24,000 nucleotides of DNA, taken from assembly GCF_000757425.2 (NCBI RefSeq), contig NZ_JPKR02000004.1, positions 759,941 through 783,940 of the forward strand, read 5' to 3'. Origin of the DNA: Tatumella morbirosei. GTDB lineage: Bacteria > Pseudomonadota > Gammaproteobacteria > Enterobacterales > Enterobacteriaceae. Below are positions 1 through 10,266 of the stretch, piece by piece. Within the stretch, counting starts at the first letter, position 1; every line of letters starts with the position of its first letter. A program made the position numbers and the translations under genes. Below the pieces are notes generated by a model. It did not search any database and had not been told where the DNA came from. It saw only the letters and a list, made by a program, of their open reading frames with translations.

Positions 1-67
1 ACGGGACTGCTGAAGCGGGTCTGTTACCCGCAGACACCGGTTCAACGGTAAGACAGATGCTGGCGGG

Positions 68-973
68 TTATCTCTGAAAAGAGTACCCCGCCGGGTGAGA
101 GAGTCTGTCCCGGGGGAAAGTTAATTCACTCGCGGCCATCATTTCCATAAATCGTTGTACCCCGGGTTTACCTTCTGAGGATTTTGCTATCGTCAGGGTA
201 AAATAAACTTCTGGCAAAGTCGGCAAACCGGTACTGATTTTGCTGAGTTCTGCAGGAATAAAGCACTCAGCGAGTGGCGCTATAGCAACCCCGGCACTGA
301 CCGCTGCATGGATAGCACTTAGCCCCGGACTGGTTACCGTTGTTTCCCAACGTCGTCCCGTACTATTTAATGCGTTGACTGCCGCACGGCGATAGACACA
401 GCCTTCACCGAATAATGCCAGTGGTATGGGCTGTTGCGGATCACGGATAAGTCCCGGGTCTCCTGCCCAGACCAGCGGAGAACTGCCAATGATTCTGCTG
501 TTAGCGTTCAGTTCCAATGATTTAGCCAGAACAATATCACAGGAACCGCGGTCACCACTCTCCAAAAGCTGATCGGTGATACCCACGTTGATTTCCAGAC
601 GTACGTTCCGGGTACACTGATGGTAGCGGCGAATGACGTCAGGTAACCAGTAACAGGCAAGGTCATCGCAAATTGCCAGCGTTAAGTGGCCGGTGAGCGC
701 ATTGTCCAGCATTCGTGTATGGGCTTCATTCGCCAGTGTTAATATAGAGCGGGCATAATCAATCAACAGGTGGCCGTCTGCCGTCAGGTTTACCGAACGG
801 GTTGAGCGCAAAAACAGAGTTTTGCCTACCCGTTCCTCCAGCCGTTTAATCTGCTGGCTAATCGTTGACTGAGTCAGACTCAGTCTGTCGGCTGCCAGGG
901 TAAAACTTCGACAATCCGCTACGGTGACAAAGGCATTTAGTGCGTCAAGTTCAAATACCGCGGCACTATTCAT
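68..973 (-). CDS. LysR-family transcriptional regulator (LTTR)
   Basis: ORF 68..985. The N-terminal winged-HTH signature LNAFVTVADCRSFTLAADRLSLTQSTISQQIKRLEERVGKTLFLR is followed by a roughly 200-aa co-inducer domain. I moved the start to the ATG at 973 (MNSAAVFELDALNAF...) because the codon at 985 is a GTG with no SD. The gene is divergent from the hydrolase gene, the classic LTTR layout. Confidence 0.85.
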   Translation of the reverse strand: MNSAAVFELDALNAFVTVADCRSFTLAADRLSLTQSTISQQIKRLEERVGKTLFLRSTRSVNLTADGHLLIDYARSILTLANEAHTRMLDNALTGHLTLAICDDLACYWLPDVIRRYHQCTRNVRLEINVGITDQLLESGDRGSCDIVLAKSLELNANSRIIGSSPLVWAGDPGLIRDPQQPIPLALFGEGCVYRRAAVNALNSTGRRWETTVTSPGLSAIHAAVSAGVAIAPLAECFIPAELSKISTGLPTLPEVYFTLTIAKSSEGKPGVQRFMEMMAASELTFPRDRLSHPAGYSFQR

Positions 974-985
974 TAAAATTACCAC

Positions 986-1008
986 TTAATTAGTCAATTT
1001 ATTATTAA
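986..1008. promoter_or_regulatory. Candidate LTTR operator (interrupted dyad TTAAT-N13-ATTAA) in the divergent promoter region
   Basis: The sequence TTAATtagtcaatttattATTAA lies in the 98-bp AT-rich spacer between the LysR gene and the hydrolase gene. LTTRs typically bind AT-rich dyads containing T-N11-A in exactly this position. This is pattern only. Confidence 0.25.
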
Positions 1009-1071
1009 TTTAACAAATCAATGGGCTGACAGCCATAATCCTGACGAATATTGTTCACTCAGGAGTTAGTT

Positions 1072-1977
1072 ATGTTTGAAGGTTTTGAGGATACCAACAT
1101 CACCCTGCCGTCAGGACTCAAGCTGCGTGTGCGGATGGGCGGGCAGGGGATACCATTGTTACTACTGCATGGCTACCCACAGACTTCTGCCTGCTGGCAC
1201 AAGGTTGCACCGGCTCTGGTGGCTCAGGGATTCCGGGTCATAGCTCCTGATCTGCGGGGCTACGGCGGTTCAGATAAACCGGCTTCTGATGCAGAGCATA
1301 TGACCTATTCTAAACGGGTCATGGCTGAAGACCAGATTAGCCTGATGAAAGTTCTGGGATATCAGTCTTTTATGTTAGCGGGACACGACAGAGGTGCACG
1401 GGTAGCATTCCGTATGGCTCTCGATTACCCACAGGCTGTTGAAAAGCTGGCATTGCTGGATATTGCGCCCACCACAGAGATGTACGCCCGCACCAACAGA
1501 GAATTTGCTACCGGCTATTATCACTGGTTCTTCCTGATTCAACCCTCCCCGTTACCTGAAAGGCTTATCGGCGCACAAGCCGATTATTATCTGGAAAGTA
1601 AACTGAAAGCGTGGGGAAGAAGTGGTATGGCCGTTTACTCGGGCGAAGCGTTAGAGGAATACCGGCAAAGTTTCCGTGATCCTGACGCGATCCATGCCAG
1701 TTGTGAAGATTACCGGGCATCTGCAGGAATCGATTTGCTTCACGATGAGGCCGATGTGGGTCACAAGCTGGCGATGCCATTACTGGTACTGTGGGGCACC
1801 CGGGGATTGGTCGGCTCGTTGTATCAGGTTGAAACATTATGGCGTCAGCGGGCTGAACAACTGATCGCCAGGGGATTGCCCTGCGGACATTTCCTGCCCG
1901 AGGAGCAGCCTGAGGAAACGAGCAGACTGCTGGCTGATTTCTTTAGTCTGGCCGAACGCTCAACAGTAAAAGAATAA
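1072..1977 (+). CDS. alpha/beta-fold hydrolase, haloacetate dehalogenase / epoxide hydrolase-like (Asp nucleophile)
   Basis: ORF 1051..1977. The start is set at ATG 1072, preceded by AGGAG at 1061-1065; 1051 is a TTG. The oxyanion motif LLLLHGYPQT and nucleophile elbow AGHDRGARV (G-H-D-R-G, Asp nucleophile) are typical of the fluoroacetate/haloacetate dehalogenase and epoxide hydrolase subfamily. The C-terminal GHFLPEE supplies the catalytic His. Confidence 0.85.
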   Translation: MFEGFEDTNITLPSGLKLRVRMGGQGIPLLLLHGYPQTSACWHKVAPALVAQGFRVIAPDLRGYGGSDKPASDAEHMTYSKRVMAEDQISLMKVLGYQSFMLAGHDRGARVAFRMALDYPQAVEKLALLDIAPTTEMYARTNREFATGYYHWFFLIQPSPLPERLIGAQADYYLESKLKAWGRSGMAVYSGEALEEYRQSFRDPDAIHASCEDYRASAGIDLLHDEADVGHKLAMPLLVLWGTRGLVGSLYQVETLWRQRAEQLIARGLPCGHFLPEEQPEETSRLLADFFSLAERSTVKE

Positions 1978-2052
1978 AACGCCCGACATCAGGCTTAACG
2001 CTGACTAACCGGCTATCAGGCGGAAGGAGGAGGTATTTCCCTTGCGTCTGAA

Positions 2053-2733
2053 TTACTGCAAAATAAACCGATAGCCGATGCCGCTCTCTGTAAGTAAATG
2101 ACAGGGCCTGGCAGGATCGCTTTCCAGTTTTTGCCGCAGGTGCCCCATGTAAATCCGCAGATAGTGGTTACTTTCGACGGCATTGGGCCCCCATACCTGA
2201 CTCAGTAACTGGTATCGGGTCAGTACTTTGCCGTGATTCTTCAGTAATACGGCCAGCAGACGAAACTCAATCGGAGTCAGATGCACATGGCTTCCATTGC
2301 GGGTTACTGTCCGGGCGGCAAGATCGACGGTGACCTGTGAAAAGGTATAAACCGCTTCACCGGTATCTGGCTGATGTATTCGTCGTTGCAGAACCCTCAA
2401 CCGGGCGAGAAATTCGCCAATACCAAAGGGCTTACATAAATAATCATCGGCCCCGGTATCCAGTGCAGTAATCTTATCCGCCTCATCGCTACGGGCAGAA
2501 AGGACGATAACAGGAGCCTGACTCCACTGACGAAATTCACGGATAAAATCCACACCATTCCCGTCGGGCAGCCCGAGGTCGAGGATCACCAGTTCAGGTT
2601 TACGGGTGGCGGCTTCAATCAGGCCCCGTTGCAGGCTATCCGCTTCGTGGACCCGGAAAGATTCAGCTTCCAGTGCTATGCGCAGAAAGCGGCGAATATG
2701 CGGTTCATCTTCAATAATAAGTACTGAAATCAC
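2053..2733 (-). CDS. kdpE: KdpE, OmpR-family response regulator of the kdp operon
   Basis: 226 aa. The receiver domain (VLIIEDE...LVILDLGLPDG...KPF) is followed by a winged-helix OmpR-type DNA-binding domain (LTPIEFRLLAVLLKNHGKVLT...GYRF). It lies immediately downstream of kdpD. Confidence 0.95.
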   Translation of the reverse strand: MISVLIIEDEPHIRRFLRIALEAESFRVHEADSLQRGLIEAATRKPELVILDLGLPDGNGVDFIREFRQWSQAPVIVLSARSDEADKITALDTGADDYLCKPFGIGEFLARLRVLQRRIHQPDTGEAVYTFSQVTVDLAARTVTRNGSHVHLTPIEFRLLAVLLKNHGKVLTRYQLLSQVWGPNAVESNHYLRIYMGHLRQKLESDPARPCHLLTESGIGYRFILQ

Positions 2734-2738
2734 CCTGT

Positions 2739-5420
2739 TTACTCCAGACAGTCCAGCCGTGGTGGTTCGGGCTGCGGCAGAATCACCGTAAATACCGCAC
2801 CACCTTCCGGACGGTTAGCTGCGGTTATCGTCCCTTCATGCACACTGACAATGGCCTGGCAAATGGCCAGCCCCAGGCCAATACCCGGGATAGTCGACTC
2901 TTTATTCCCCCGGGTAAATTTATTAAATATATCCTGCGATAGTCCGGATGGAATACCCGGACCATCATCCAGAATATCGACACGAAATTCGCCCTGATGG
3001 ATCATAGCCTTTAGCTCTATACTGGCATGTTCACCGGCATATTTAGTGGCATTTTCTAATAAATTCATCATTACCCGTTGAAATAATGCACCGTCCAGCC
3101 ATACCAGCGCCAGAGGATCCGCCAGGGTTAATTTAACCGCATCGCGCTGAGTTACCTCTGGCATTGACTGCAGGGCGCTGCCGGCCACTTCCTGTAAGGT
3201 GATCCATTCTTTATTCAGTACAAAACCGTCAGACTGGAACCGTGCCATATCCAGCAGGTTATTCACCAGCCGTGAAGTACTGATAACCTGCTGGTGAATC
3301 TGCTGCGCCTGAGCGGTATGAGTCGATTGTTCACGTAACAGATCGGCGGATAGCATTTCGGCCTGACCGGAAAGTACGGTGAGCGGAGTACGCAGATCAT
3401 GTGAAAGAGCGGCAAGAAAAGCATTGCGTAATTGTTCCCGTTCGCTGTTCAGGCGAGCCTGCTGTTCACTGCTTATCAGGCGTTGCCGCTCAAGAGCACT
3501 GGCAATCAGCATGATAAAGGTCTCCATCAGACGTTGTTGTTCGGGGATCATTAACTGGCGCAGACTAACGGGCTCAATAATCACCAGACCATGGGTTTTG
3601 TCAGCGCTGTTCAGAGGGATAATCTGGTAGGGGACTGCGGGCAGAGTATCTGTCCCGGCACCGGCAATCAGACCTTTATCTGCACTCCAGCGGGCAATGC
3701 TTTCGTCCCAGGGGGGCATTGACTGCCGCGGAGTCAGTGGCTGCAGGTTGCCCTGTTCATCCGGTAACAATAACTGGCAGGTGGCATTGAAAGTCGCAGC
3801 GATAAAATTTTCGCTCACTGTGGCCAGTTCTGTGTTATTTCGGGTATGAGCCAGGGCTTTCGACATTTCATACAACTGGCGGGTTCTCTGTTCCCTGTAG
3901 CGGGCAATCCTGGCCTGATGACGGACCCCGGCGGTCAGATTTCCGATAACAATTCCTACCGTCAGCATTACGCCAAAAGTGACCAGATACTGGATATTGG
4001 CTATCTCCAGGGTTCCTTTTGGAGCAATAAAAAACAGATCGAAACTGATGACATTAATGATACTGGCAATGACCGATGGCCAACGTCCATACAGCAGAGC
4101 GATAATCACCACATTCAGCAGATAAAGCATGACCAGATTAGAATTATCAATCTGTGGCAACCAGCGGCTGGTGATCAGTGTGGTCACGGCGCACAAAAGC
4201 AGCGCTATTGCCGAACCCCGAAAATAGCCGCGCCATGAAGTACGGGATAGCGGGGTATCGTGGTTTTTCGCGACCTGAGAACCGGCCGCCTCCTCCGGGG
4301 CGATAACGATGATATCCGGCCCCTGCTGACGACGGGTCAGCTGTTCAGCCAGGGTTTTGCGTGGATCCCAGCGAGGCTTTTCTGTCCGTCCGACCATGAT
4401 TTTTCCCAGCCGGTGTTCACGGGCATAGTGCATAATCGCCTGCGCCCGATCCGGATCGGATAATGTGGCAGTTTCTGCCCCCATATCACGAGCCAGACGT
4501 AGTGCTTTAAGAATAGCCCTGCGGCGTTGTTCTGAGAGTTTGTAGAGCGCTGGGGTTTCGACGTATACGGCATGCCATTCGCCACTGAGTTTTCCTGCCA
4601 ACCGTGCCGCGGTACGGATCAGTTTTTCGTTACCCCGTTCAGAGTCCAGACACAGCAATAATGTATCGCGGCTGTGCCAGAGCTGATCGTGTTCAGGGGT
4701 GTTCTGCCACAGGCGGGCCTGCTCATCCACTCTGTCAGCTGCACGGCGCATCGCCAGTTCACGCAGTGCAATTAAATTCCCTTTACGGAAGAAATGTTCA
4801 ATGGCCCGTTCGGCCTGTGCCGGAATATAGATCTTACCGTCTGCCAGTCGTTGCCTGAGATCGTCAGCGGGCAGATCCACCAGAATAATTTCATCGGCAG
4901 CATCAAAAAACGGATCAGGGAGGGTTTCCCTGACTCTGATACCGGTCATAGAACTGACCAGATCATTCAGACTTTCCAGGTGCTGAACATTCAGGGTGGT
5001 CAGCACATCGATGCCGGCTTCCAGTAACTCTTCAACATCCTGCCAGCGTTTTGGATGACGGCTGCCAGCAGGATTAGTAAATGCCAGTTCATCCATCAGG
5101 ATCAGTGCCGGATGGCGGGCGAGGGCAGCATCCGGATCAAATCCGCTGATACGTTTCCCGCGGTGCAGATATTGCTTTGGGGGAAGCTGTGGTAACCCCT
5201 GTAACAGACGGGCGGTTTCTTCACGCCCATGGGTTTCTACCACTCCACACAACACTTCCAGTCCCTGATCCCGCAGTCGCCGGGCTTCCTGCAACATGGC
5301 GTAGGTTTTACCCACTCCGGCACTGGCGCCAAAGTAGATTTTTAACTTGCCACGGCGGCGGCACTCAGCTTGTTGCAGCAGGGTATCCGGGTCAGGGCGC
5401 TGGTTGTGCACTGTCATCAA
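2739..5420 (-). CDS. kdpD: KdpD, sensor histidine kinase of the kdp operon
   Basis: 893 aa. The N-terminal KdpD domain with Walker-A-like GASAGVGKTYAML is near-colinear with E. coli KdpD as I recall it. It also has a Usp-like region, four central TM helices, the H-box LAALSHDLRTPL and an HATPase_c domain (NLLENATKYA...GIGLGLAICQAIV). Confidence 0.95.
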   Translation of the reverse strand: MMTVHNQRPDPDTLLQQAECRRRGKLKIYFGASAGVGKTYAMLQEARRLRDQGLEVLCGVVETHGREETARLLQGLPQLPPKQYLHRGKRISGFDPDAALARHPALILMDELAFTNPAGSRHPKRWQDVEELLEAGIDVLTTLNVQHLESLNDLVSSMTGIRVRETLPDPFFDAADEIILVDLPADDLRQRLADGKIYIPAQAERAIEHFFRKGNLIALRELAMRRAADRVDEQARLWQNTPEHDQLWHSRDTLLLCLDSERGNEKLIRTAARLAGKLSGEWHAVYVETPALYKLSEQRRRAILKALRLARDMGAETATLSDPDRAQAIMHYAREHRLGKIMVGRTEKPRWDPRKTLAEQLTRRQQGPDIIVIAPEEAAGSQVAKNHDTPLSRTSWRGYFRGSAIALLLCAVTTLITSRWLPQIDNSNLVMLYLLNVVIIALLYGRWPSVIASIINVISFDLFFIAPKGTLEIANIQYLVTFGVMLTVGIVIGNLTAGVRHQARIARYREQRTRQLYEMSKALAHTRNNTELATVSENFIAATFNATCQLLLPDEQGNLQPLTPRQSMPPWDESIARWSADKGLIAGAGTDTLPAVPYQIIPLNSADKTHGLVIIEPVSLRQLMIPEQQRLMETFIMLIASALERQRLISSEQQARLNSEREQLRNAFLAALSHDLRTPLTVLSGQAEMLSADLLREQSTHTAQAQQIHQQVISTSRLVNNLLDMARFQSDGFVLNKEWITLQEVAGSALQSMPEVTQRDAVKLTLADPLALVWLDGALFQRVMMNLLENATKYAGEHASIELKAMIHQGEFRVDILDDGPGIPSGLSQDIFNKFTRGNKESTIPGIGLGLAICQAIVSVHEGTITAANRPEGGAVFTVILPQPEPPRLDCLE

Positions 5421-5425
5421 TCAGG

Positions 5426-6001
5426 TTACCTGGAGTTCAGATTATCGAGATCAGCATTTAACCGGGTCACATTGACATAGGTATCCCCGATAAATGCCGG
5501 CCAGGGATGGACGGTATTTTTCTCTATCATAATCTGCAATTGGTGTTCCGTCATTCCCCGGGCTTTCGCCACACGGGGTAACTGCCACTGTGCCGCCGCG
5601 GGTGATATCCCATTATCCAGGCCACTGGCAGAGGTGGTCAGTAAATCGGTGGGAATTTTGCCATGGGCTGACGGGTTTTGCTGACGTAACAGCGTAACCT
5701 GCCGCGCGATCCTGGAATCAAGCAACGGATTGCTGATAGCCAGGTTGCTGCCACCGGAGGCCAGCGGATTGTAAGCAAATCCGCTGGTGGCTGAAGGCCG
5801 GCCTTGAAAGTAGCCGGTTGAGGTAAAATCTTGTCCCAGCAGAGCCGAACCACGGATCTGGTCGCCGGTTCTGATCAGTGATCCCCGGGACTGGTACGGA
5901 AACCACCACTGGCCGATCAGCGTGGTCAGTAACGGATAGACTCCGGCGGTCATCAGAAATAAGCTGGTAAATACAATAAGTGCAGGGCGTAGCTGTCTCA
6001 T
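5426..6001 (-). CDS. kdpC: KdpC, potassium-transporting ATPase subunit C
   Basis: ORF 5426..6097. I trimmed it to the ATG at 6001 ([27 protein letters not shown]...), which gives 191 aa, the expected KdpC size. This ATG overlaps the kdpB TGA (ATGA). The conserved motifs [16 protein letters not shown] and SGLD are present. Confidence 0.9.
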   Translation of the reverse strand: MRQLRPALIVFTSLFLMTAGVYPLLTTLIGQWWFPYQSRGSLIRTGDQIRGSALLGQDFTSTGYFQGRPSATSGFAYNPLASGGSNLAISNPLLDSRIARQVTLLRQQNPSAHGKIPTDLLTTSASGLDNGISPAAAQWQLPRVAKARGMTEHQLQIMIEKNTVHPWPAFIGDTYVNVTRLNADLDNLNSR

Positions 6002-8043
6002 AACACCTCCGGGATCCGTTCGAAAAATGTTAACAACAGATCGATAATTTTGATGCCAACAAAGGGTACGACTAATCCTCCCAGCCCGTAGATCCACAGA
6101 TTACGCCGTAACAAGGCTGAGGCACTCATCGGTTTCCAGGGCACTCCTTTCAGTGCCAGCGGGATAAGGAAAACGATGATCAGTGCATTAAAAATGACGG
6201 CACTGAGGATGGCGGATTCCGGCGAATGAAGTCGCATAATATTCAGCGTATTTAGCTGAGGATAGCTGGCCGCAAAGGCCGCCGGAATAATAGCGAAATA
6301 TTTCGCTACATCATTGGCAATACTGAAGGTGGTCAGTGAGCCCCGGGTCATCAGCATCTGTTTTCCAATTTGAACGATTTCAATAAGCTTGGTGGGATTC
6401 GAATCAAGATCAACCATGTTTCCGGCTTCTTTTGCGGCACGGGTCCCGGAGTTCATCGCCACCGCGACATCGGCCTGAGCCAGTGCAGGGGCATCGTTGG
6501 TACCGTCACCGGTCATGGCAACCAGTCGTCCTTCTTTTTGATACTGACGGATAAGTGCCAGTTTGGCTTCAGGGGTCGCTTCAGCCAGAAAGTCATCAAC
6601 TCCTGCCTCTGCCGCAATTGCCGCAGCCGTCAGACGATTATCCCCGGTAATCATCACGGTTTTAATCCCCATGGCCCGCAACCGTGCAAAACGTTGTTTA
6701 ATGCCTCCTTTGACAATATCTTTCAGGGCGATCACTCCCAGAACATGACTACCTTCTGCCACCACCAGAGGGGTTTCTCCCCGCCGTGCGACCTCACTGA
6801 CCGCCTGTTCGACAGCAGCAGGAAACGGGTTGCCCGCGGCTTCGATATAGCGTTGAATAGCATCCACCGAACCTTTGCGGATGATCCGCTCGCCTATATT
6901 GATACCACTCATTCTGCTCTGGGCGGTGAATGGTACAAAGGTGGCTGCACCAACATCCCGCTCTTTCAGACCGAACCGTTGTCTGGCAAGAACCACGATA
7001 CTGCGTCCTTCCGGAGTTTCATCTGACAGTGACGACAGCAGTGCGGCATCTGCCAGTTGTTGCTGACTAATCCCGGGGGCAGGAATAAAATCGGAGGCCT
7101 GACGATTCCCCAGGGTGATGGTGCCGGTCTTATCCAGTAATAACACATCGATATCTCCGGCGGCTTCCACCGCCCGGCCACTGGTCGCGATAACATTTGC
7201 GCCCAGCATTCGGCTCATTCCCGCCACACCAATCGCCGATAATAAACCCCCAATGGTGGTGGGTATCAGACATATCAGCAGCGCTATCAGCGAGGTGACT
7301 CCGACGGCAGTACCGCTGTAGGCCGAAAATGGCCATAAGCTTGCCGTGACTAACAGAAAGATCAGAGTTAACGCGACCAGCAGGATAGTCAGGGCAACTT
7401 CATTTGGCGTTTTACGGCGCCGGGCACCTTCTACCATAGCGATCATCCGGTCGAGAAAAGTTTCCCCGGGGTTGGCTGTACAACGAATCACCAGCCAGTC
7501 AGACAGTATTCTTGTGCCTCCGGTAACTGACGCAAAATCCCCCCCGGATTCGCGAATGACAGGAGCCGATTCACCGGTGATCGCACTTTCATCGACTGAC
7601 GCGCCCCCCTGAATGACTTCACCGTCGCATGGGATGATGTCTCCGGCTTCCGCCAGTACCACATCGTCTTTGCGTAACGCAGAAGCAGGGGTAAGTTGCC
7701 TGGCTGAACCGTAATAAGCATCGGCCAACTTTTTAGCCATTACCGTTTGTCGCGCATCCCGTAACGCGCTGGCCTGAGCCTGACTGCGGCCTTCGGCCAG
7801 TGCTTCGGCAAAATTAGCAAACAGCAGTGTCAGCCAGAGCCAGCCGCTGATGGACAGGGTAAACATCAGATGACCCCCGGTCAGGCCAGATAAGGCCAGC
7901 AGGGTGGTGAAAATGCTGCCAGCCAGTACAATAAACATCACCGGATTACGCCACTGGACCCGCGGATTCAGTTTGGTGAATGAGACGATGATTGCCTGAC
8001 GAATCAGCTGTGGATCGGCAAACAGCATGGAAGATGATTTCAT
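5998..8043 (-). CDS. kdpB: KdpB, P-type ATPase catalytic subunit
   Basis: 681 aa. It carries the P-type ATPase phosphorylation motif [10 protein letters not shown], the TGES-type actuator motif (ITGESAPV), and the MITGDN and [17 protein letters not shown] hinge motifs. Confidence 0.97.
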   Translation of the reverse strand: MKSSSMLFADPQLIRQAIIVSFTKLNPRVQWRNPVMFIVLAGSIFTTLLALSGLTGGHLMFTLSISGWLWLTLLFANFAEALAEGRSQAQASALRDARQTVMAKKLADAYYGSARQLTPASALRKDDVVLAEAGDIIPCDGEVIQGGASVDESAITGESAPVIRESGGDFASVTGGTRILSDWLVIRCTANPGETFLDRMIAMVEGARRRKTPNEVALTILLVALTLIFLLVTASLWPFSAYSGTAVGVTSLIALLICLIPTTIGGLLSAIGVAGMSRMLGANVIATSGRAVEAAGDIDVLLLDKTGTITLGNRQASDFIPAPGISQQQLADAALLSSLSDETPEGRSIVVLARQRFGLKERDVGAATFVPFTAQSRMSGINIGERIIRKGSVDAIQRYIEAAGNPFPAAVEQAVSEVARRGETPLVVAEGSHVLGVIALKDIVKGGIKQRFARLRAMGIKTVMITGDNRLTAAAIAAEAGVDDFLAEATPEAKLALIRQYQKEGRLVAMTGDGTNDAPALAQADVAVAMNSGTRAAKEAGNMVDLDSNPTKLIEIVQIGKQMLMTRGSLTTFSIANDVAKYFAIIPAAFAASYPQLNTLNIMRLHSPESAILSAVIFNALIIVFLIPLALKGVPWKPMSASALLRRNLWIYGLGGLVVPFVGIKIIDLLLTFFERIPEVL

Positions 8044-8061
8044 AGCTAAGCTCCGGCTTGC

Positions 8062-9741
8062 TCAGTGTGAGGATAAGTAATCTGCGACCGGGCCTAATGC
8101 CAGGGCAGGGACAAAAGTCAGAGCACCAATCAGCATGACGCTGCCAATCAGTAAGCCGATAAATAACGGACCGCAGGAGGAGAGTGTTCCCGGTCCCGCC
8201 GGCTGGCTCTTTCTGACTACCATCGACCCGGCAATCGCCAGCACCGGGACTATCACCGCAAACCGACCCGCCAACATGCAGAATGCTAACAGCAGGTTCC
8301 AGAATGGAGTCGTGGCGTTAAGTCCGGAAAAAGCGCTGCCATTGTTATTGGCGGCAGAAGAGAGGGCATAGAGGATTTCGGTAAATCCGTGCGCCCCGGG
8401 ATTAAGAATCGCGCTCTGCCCTTCACCGGTCAGCAGCACCAGGGCGGTACCTGCCAGTACCAGTGCCGGGCTGACCAGGATGGCGAGTGCAATCAGTTTC
8501 ATTTCACGGGCAGTGATTTTTTTGCCCAGATACTCGGGTGTGCGTCCAATCATTAACCCGGCAATAAATACCGCCAGCAGCACAAACAGTATCATGCCGT
8601 AAAATCCGGAGCCGACACCGCCAAAAATGACTTCGCCAATCTGCATCAGCCAGAGGGGGATCATTCCGCCCAATGCGGTGAACGAGTCTGGCATTGCGTT
8701 AACTGCCCCACAGGATGCCGCTGTGGTGATGACGGTAAATAGCGCACTGACCGTAATCCCGAAACGGCTCTCTTTGCCTTCCATATTGGCCGCGGATAAT
8801 GCGCCCCGGGTCAGTAAATCGGGATTACCCTGCCATTCGGCATGGATCACCAGTAACGCACAGAAAATAAATACCAGACTCATTGCCCACAGCAGGCTAT
8901 GCCCCTGACGATGATCGTTGACAGATTTACCGAAGGCAAAACAGAGTGCGGCCGGAATAAGAAAAATGGCCAGCATCTGTGCGAAATTACTCAGTGCGGT
9001 TGGATTTTCGAAGGGGTGAGCTGAGTTGGCGTTAAAAAAGCCTCCTCCATTAGTCCCCAGCATTTTAATCGCTTCCTGAGAGGCTACAGGGCCCATTGGC
9101 AGACATTGATGTAATCCCTGCAGGGTAGTGATCGGCTGGCAGGCCGAGAAATTTTGTAATGATCCCTGCCAGATGAAGAATATTGCCAGCAGGAAAGCGA
9201 GCGGGAGCAGCAGGTAAAGCGTGATACGCAGCAAATCATACCAGGCATTGCCTAACATGTGGGTCTCACGTCGACTGAAGGCCCTTATCAGTGCAAAAGC
9301 GACGGCGATTCCCGTGGCCGCTGACAGGAAGTTTTGTACGGTAAGCCCTGCCATCTGGCTGAAATAACTGAGGGTGGTTTCGCCGGCATACGCCTGCCAG
9401 TCGGTATTCGTCACAAAACTGACTGCGGTGTTCAGTGCGAGGTGCCAGCTCATCCCGCGGAAATGCTGAGGATTCAGAGGGAGATGGCCCTGAGTCATCA
9501 GAATCAGGAACAGTACCACCAGACCTGAGAGATTAATCAGTAGCAGGGCAGACAGATACTGACGCCAGTTCATCTCATTATCACGAATCCCGGTCAGTCC
9601 TCCGACCCACTGCTCCAGCCTGGCCACCGGTTTTCCGGGAGAGCCGGCGATCAGTAGTGCAATAAAATGACCCAGTGGTTTTGCCAGCAGCATCAGAATA
9701 CCCATAAAGGCTGCCAGTAAATAAATAACAGAGGTATTCAT
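8062..9741 (-). CDS. kdpA: KdpA, potassium-binding channel-like subunit
   Basis: 559 aa polytopic membrane protein with KdpA selectivity-filter-like segments ([29 protein letters not shown]). Its start codon overlaps the kdpF stop by 1 nt. Confidence 0.97.
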   Translation of the reverse strand: MNTSVIYLLAAFMGILMLLAKPLGHFIALLIAGSPGKPVARLEQWVGGLTGIRDNEMNWRQYLSALLLINLSGLVVLFLILMTQGHLPLNPQHFRGMSWHLALNTAVSFVTNTDWQAYAGETTLSYFSQMAGLTVQNFLSAATGIAVAFALIRAFSRRETHMLGNAWYDLLRITLYLLLPLAFLLAIFFIWQGSLQNFSACQPITTLQGLHQCLPMGPVASQEAIKMLGTNGGGFFNANSAHPFENPTALSNFAQMLAIFLIPAALCFAFGKSVNDHRQGHSLLWAMSLVFIFCALLVIHAEWQGNPDLLTRGALSAANMEGKESRFGITVSALFTVITTAASCGAVNAMPDSFTALGGMIPLWLMQIGEVIFGGVGSGFYGMILFVLLAVFIAGLMIGRTPEYLGKKITAREMKLIALAILVSPALVLAGTALVLLTGEGQSAILNPGAHGFTEILYALSSAANNNGSAFSGLNATTPFWNLLLAFCMLAGRFAVIVPVLAIAGSMVVRKSQPAGPGTLSSCGPLFIGLLIGSVMLIGALTFVPALALGPVADYLSSH

Positions 9742-9830
9742 CAGAATTCCTCCGCATGGATCAGAGCATAAATCAGATAACCTGAAAGCAGGATTACCAG
9801 AATTACGCCACCCACAATATAAGCTGTCAT
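9741..9830 (-). CDS. kdpF: KdpF, 29-aa stabilising subunit of KdpFABC
   Basis: Only the last 29 codons of track ORF 9741..10043 are credible: [29 protein letters not shown]. This is a single TM helix, the same length and character as E. coli KdpF, and it sits directly 5' of kdpA with a TGATG overlap. Confidence 0.85.
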   Translation of the reverse strand: MTAYIVGGVILVILLSGYLIYALIHAEEF

Positions 9831-9912
9831 TGCCGTTCTCCGGGGCAGAATTAACAGCTGACGAGTGTAGGATTTCAGAGGAAAAAAAAGGGTAAAAATG
9901 TACCGGTGATGC

Positions 9913-9929
9913 CGTAAAAAAAATATAAA
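9913..9929 (-). promoter_or_regulatory. KdpE-binding direct repeat (TTTATA-N5-TTTACG) of the kdpFABC promoter
   Basis: The minus strand reads TTTATAtttttTTTACG, 83-99 nt upstream of the kdpF ATG. As I recall it, the E. coli kdpFABC KdpE site is TTTATA-N5-TTTACA at a similar distance. A plausible -10 (TACACT, plus-strand 9864-9869) follows with no good -35, as expected for an activator-dependent promoter. Confidence 0.55.
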
Positions 9930-10185
9930 AATTGCCGGTTTTATCCTCATCCTGGCCCTAAGAATTGCAGAACAGCGCAACTGAAATAGCAGACTTCGAC
10001 AGAGAAACGTCACATCCCTTACCGGGCAATTTGTAGATCTCACTATTAATACCGGGTGTTTTCACCAGTTCGCCTGCGGATGACCCGGGTATTTTGGATG
10101 CAGGTTCCGGTAAGCGACAGCGTTATCAATTGAGTCACCAGAGTTACCGGATTGAACAGGGATATTGAAAGTTTCGGGGGCATTG

Positions 10186-10260
10186 ATGAAATATCATTTT
10201 TTTATACTGGTGCTGGTATGTATTACCCTGGCGGGTTGTACCACACTTTATTATCGGTAG
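10186..10260 (+). CDS. Possible 24-aa lipobox mini-ORF (MKYHFFILVLVCITLAGCTTLYYR)
   Basis: Not in the ORF track because it is under 60 aa. It has an ATG at 10186, a G-rich SD-like CGGGGG 5 nt upstream, a hydrophobic core, the lipobox LAG|C, and a TAG at 10258-10260. It ends 6 nt before the start of the next lipoprotein gene. It could be a real micro-lipoprotein, a uORF or a vestigial duplicated signal peptide. Confidence 0.3.
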   Translation: MKYHFFILVLVCITLAGCTTLYYR

Positions 10261-10266
10261 CAGGGG

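Noticed and set aside
6370-7026. 218-aa plus-strand ORF, and other 60-130-aa ORFs antisense to kdpA/B/C/D (for example 3846..4238, 4604..4858, 7346..7612, 8627..8908)
   Set aside because: They lie entirely inside, and antisense to, strongly supported kdp genes. Their products are Arg/Ser/Cys/Pro-rich low-complexity strings with no motifs and no SD. They are typical shadow ORFs.
9831-10043. N-terminal 71 codons of track ORF 9741..10043
   Set aside because: Only the last 29 codons (KdpF) are credible. The upstream part runs through the kdp promoter and KdpE box and encodes an implausible Arg/Phe/Leu-rich string.
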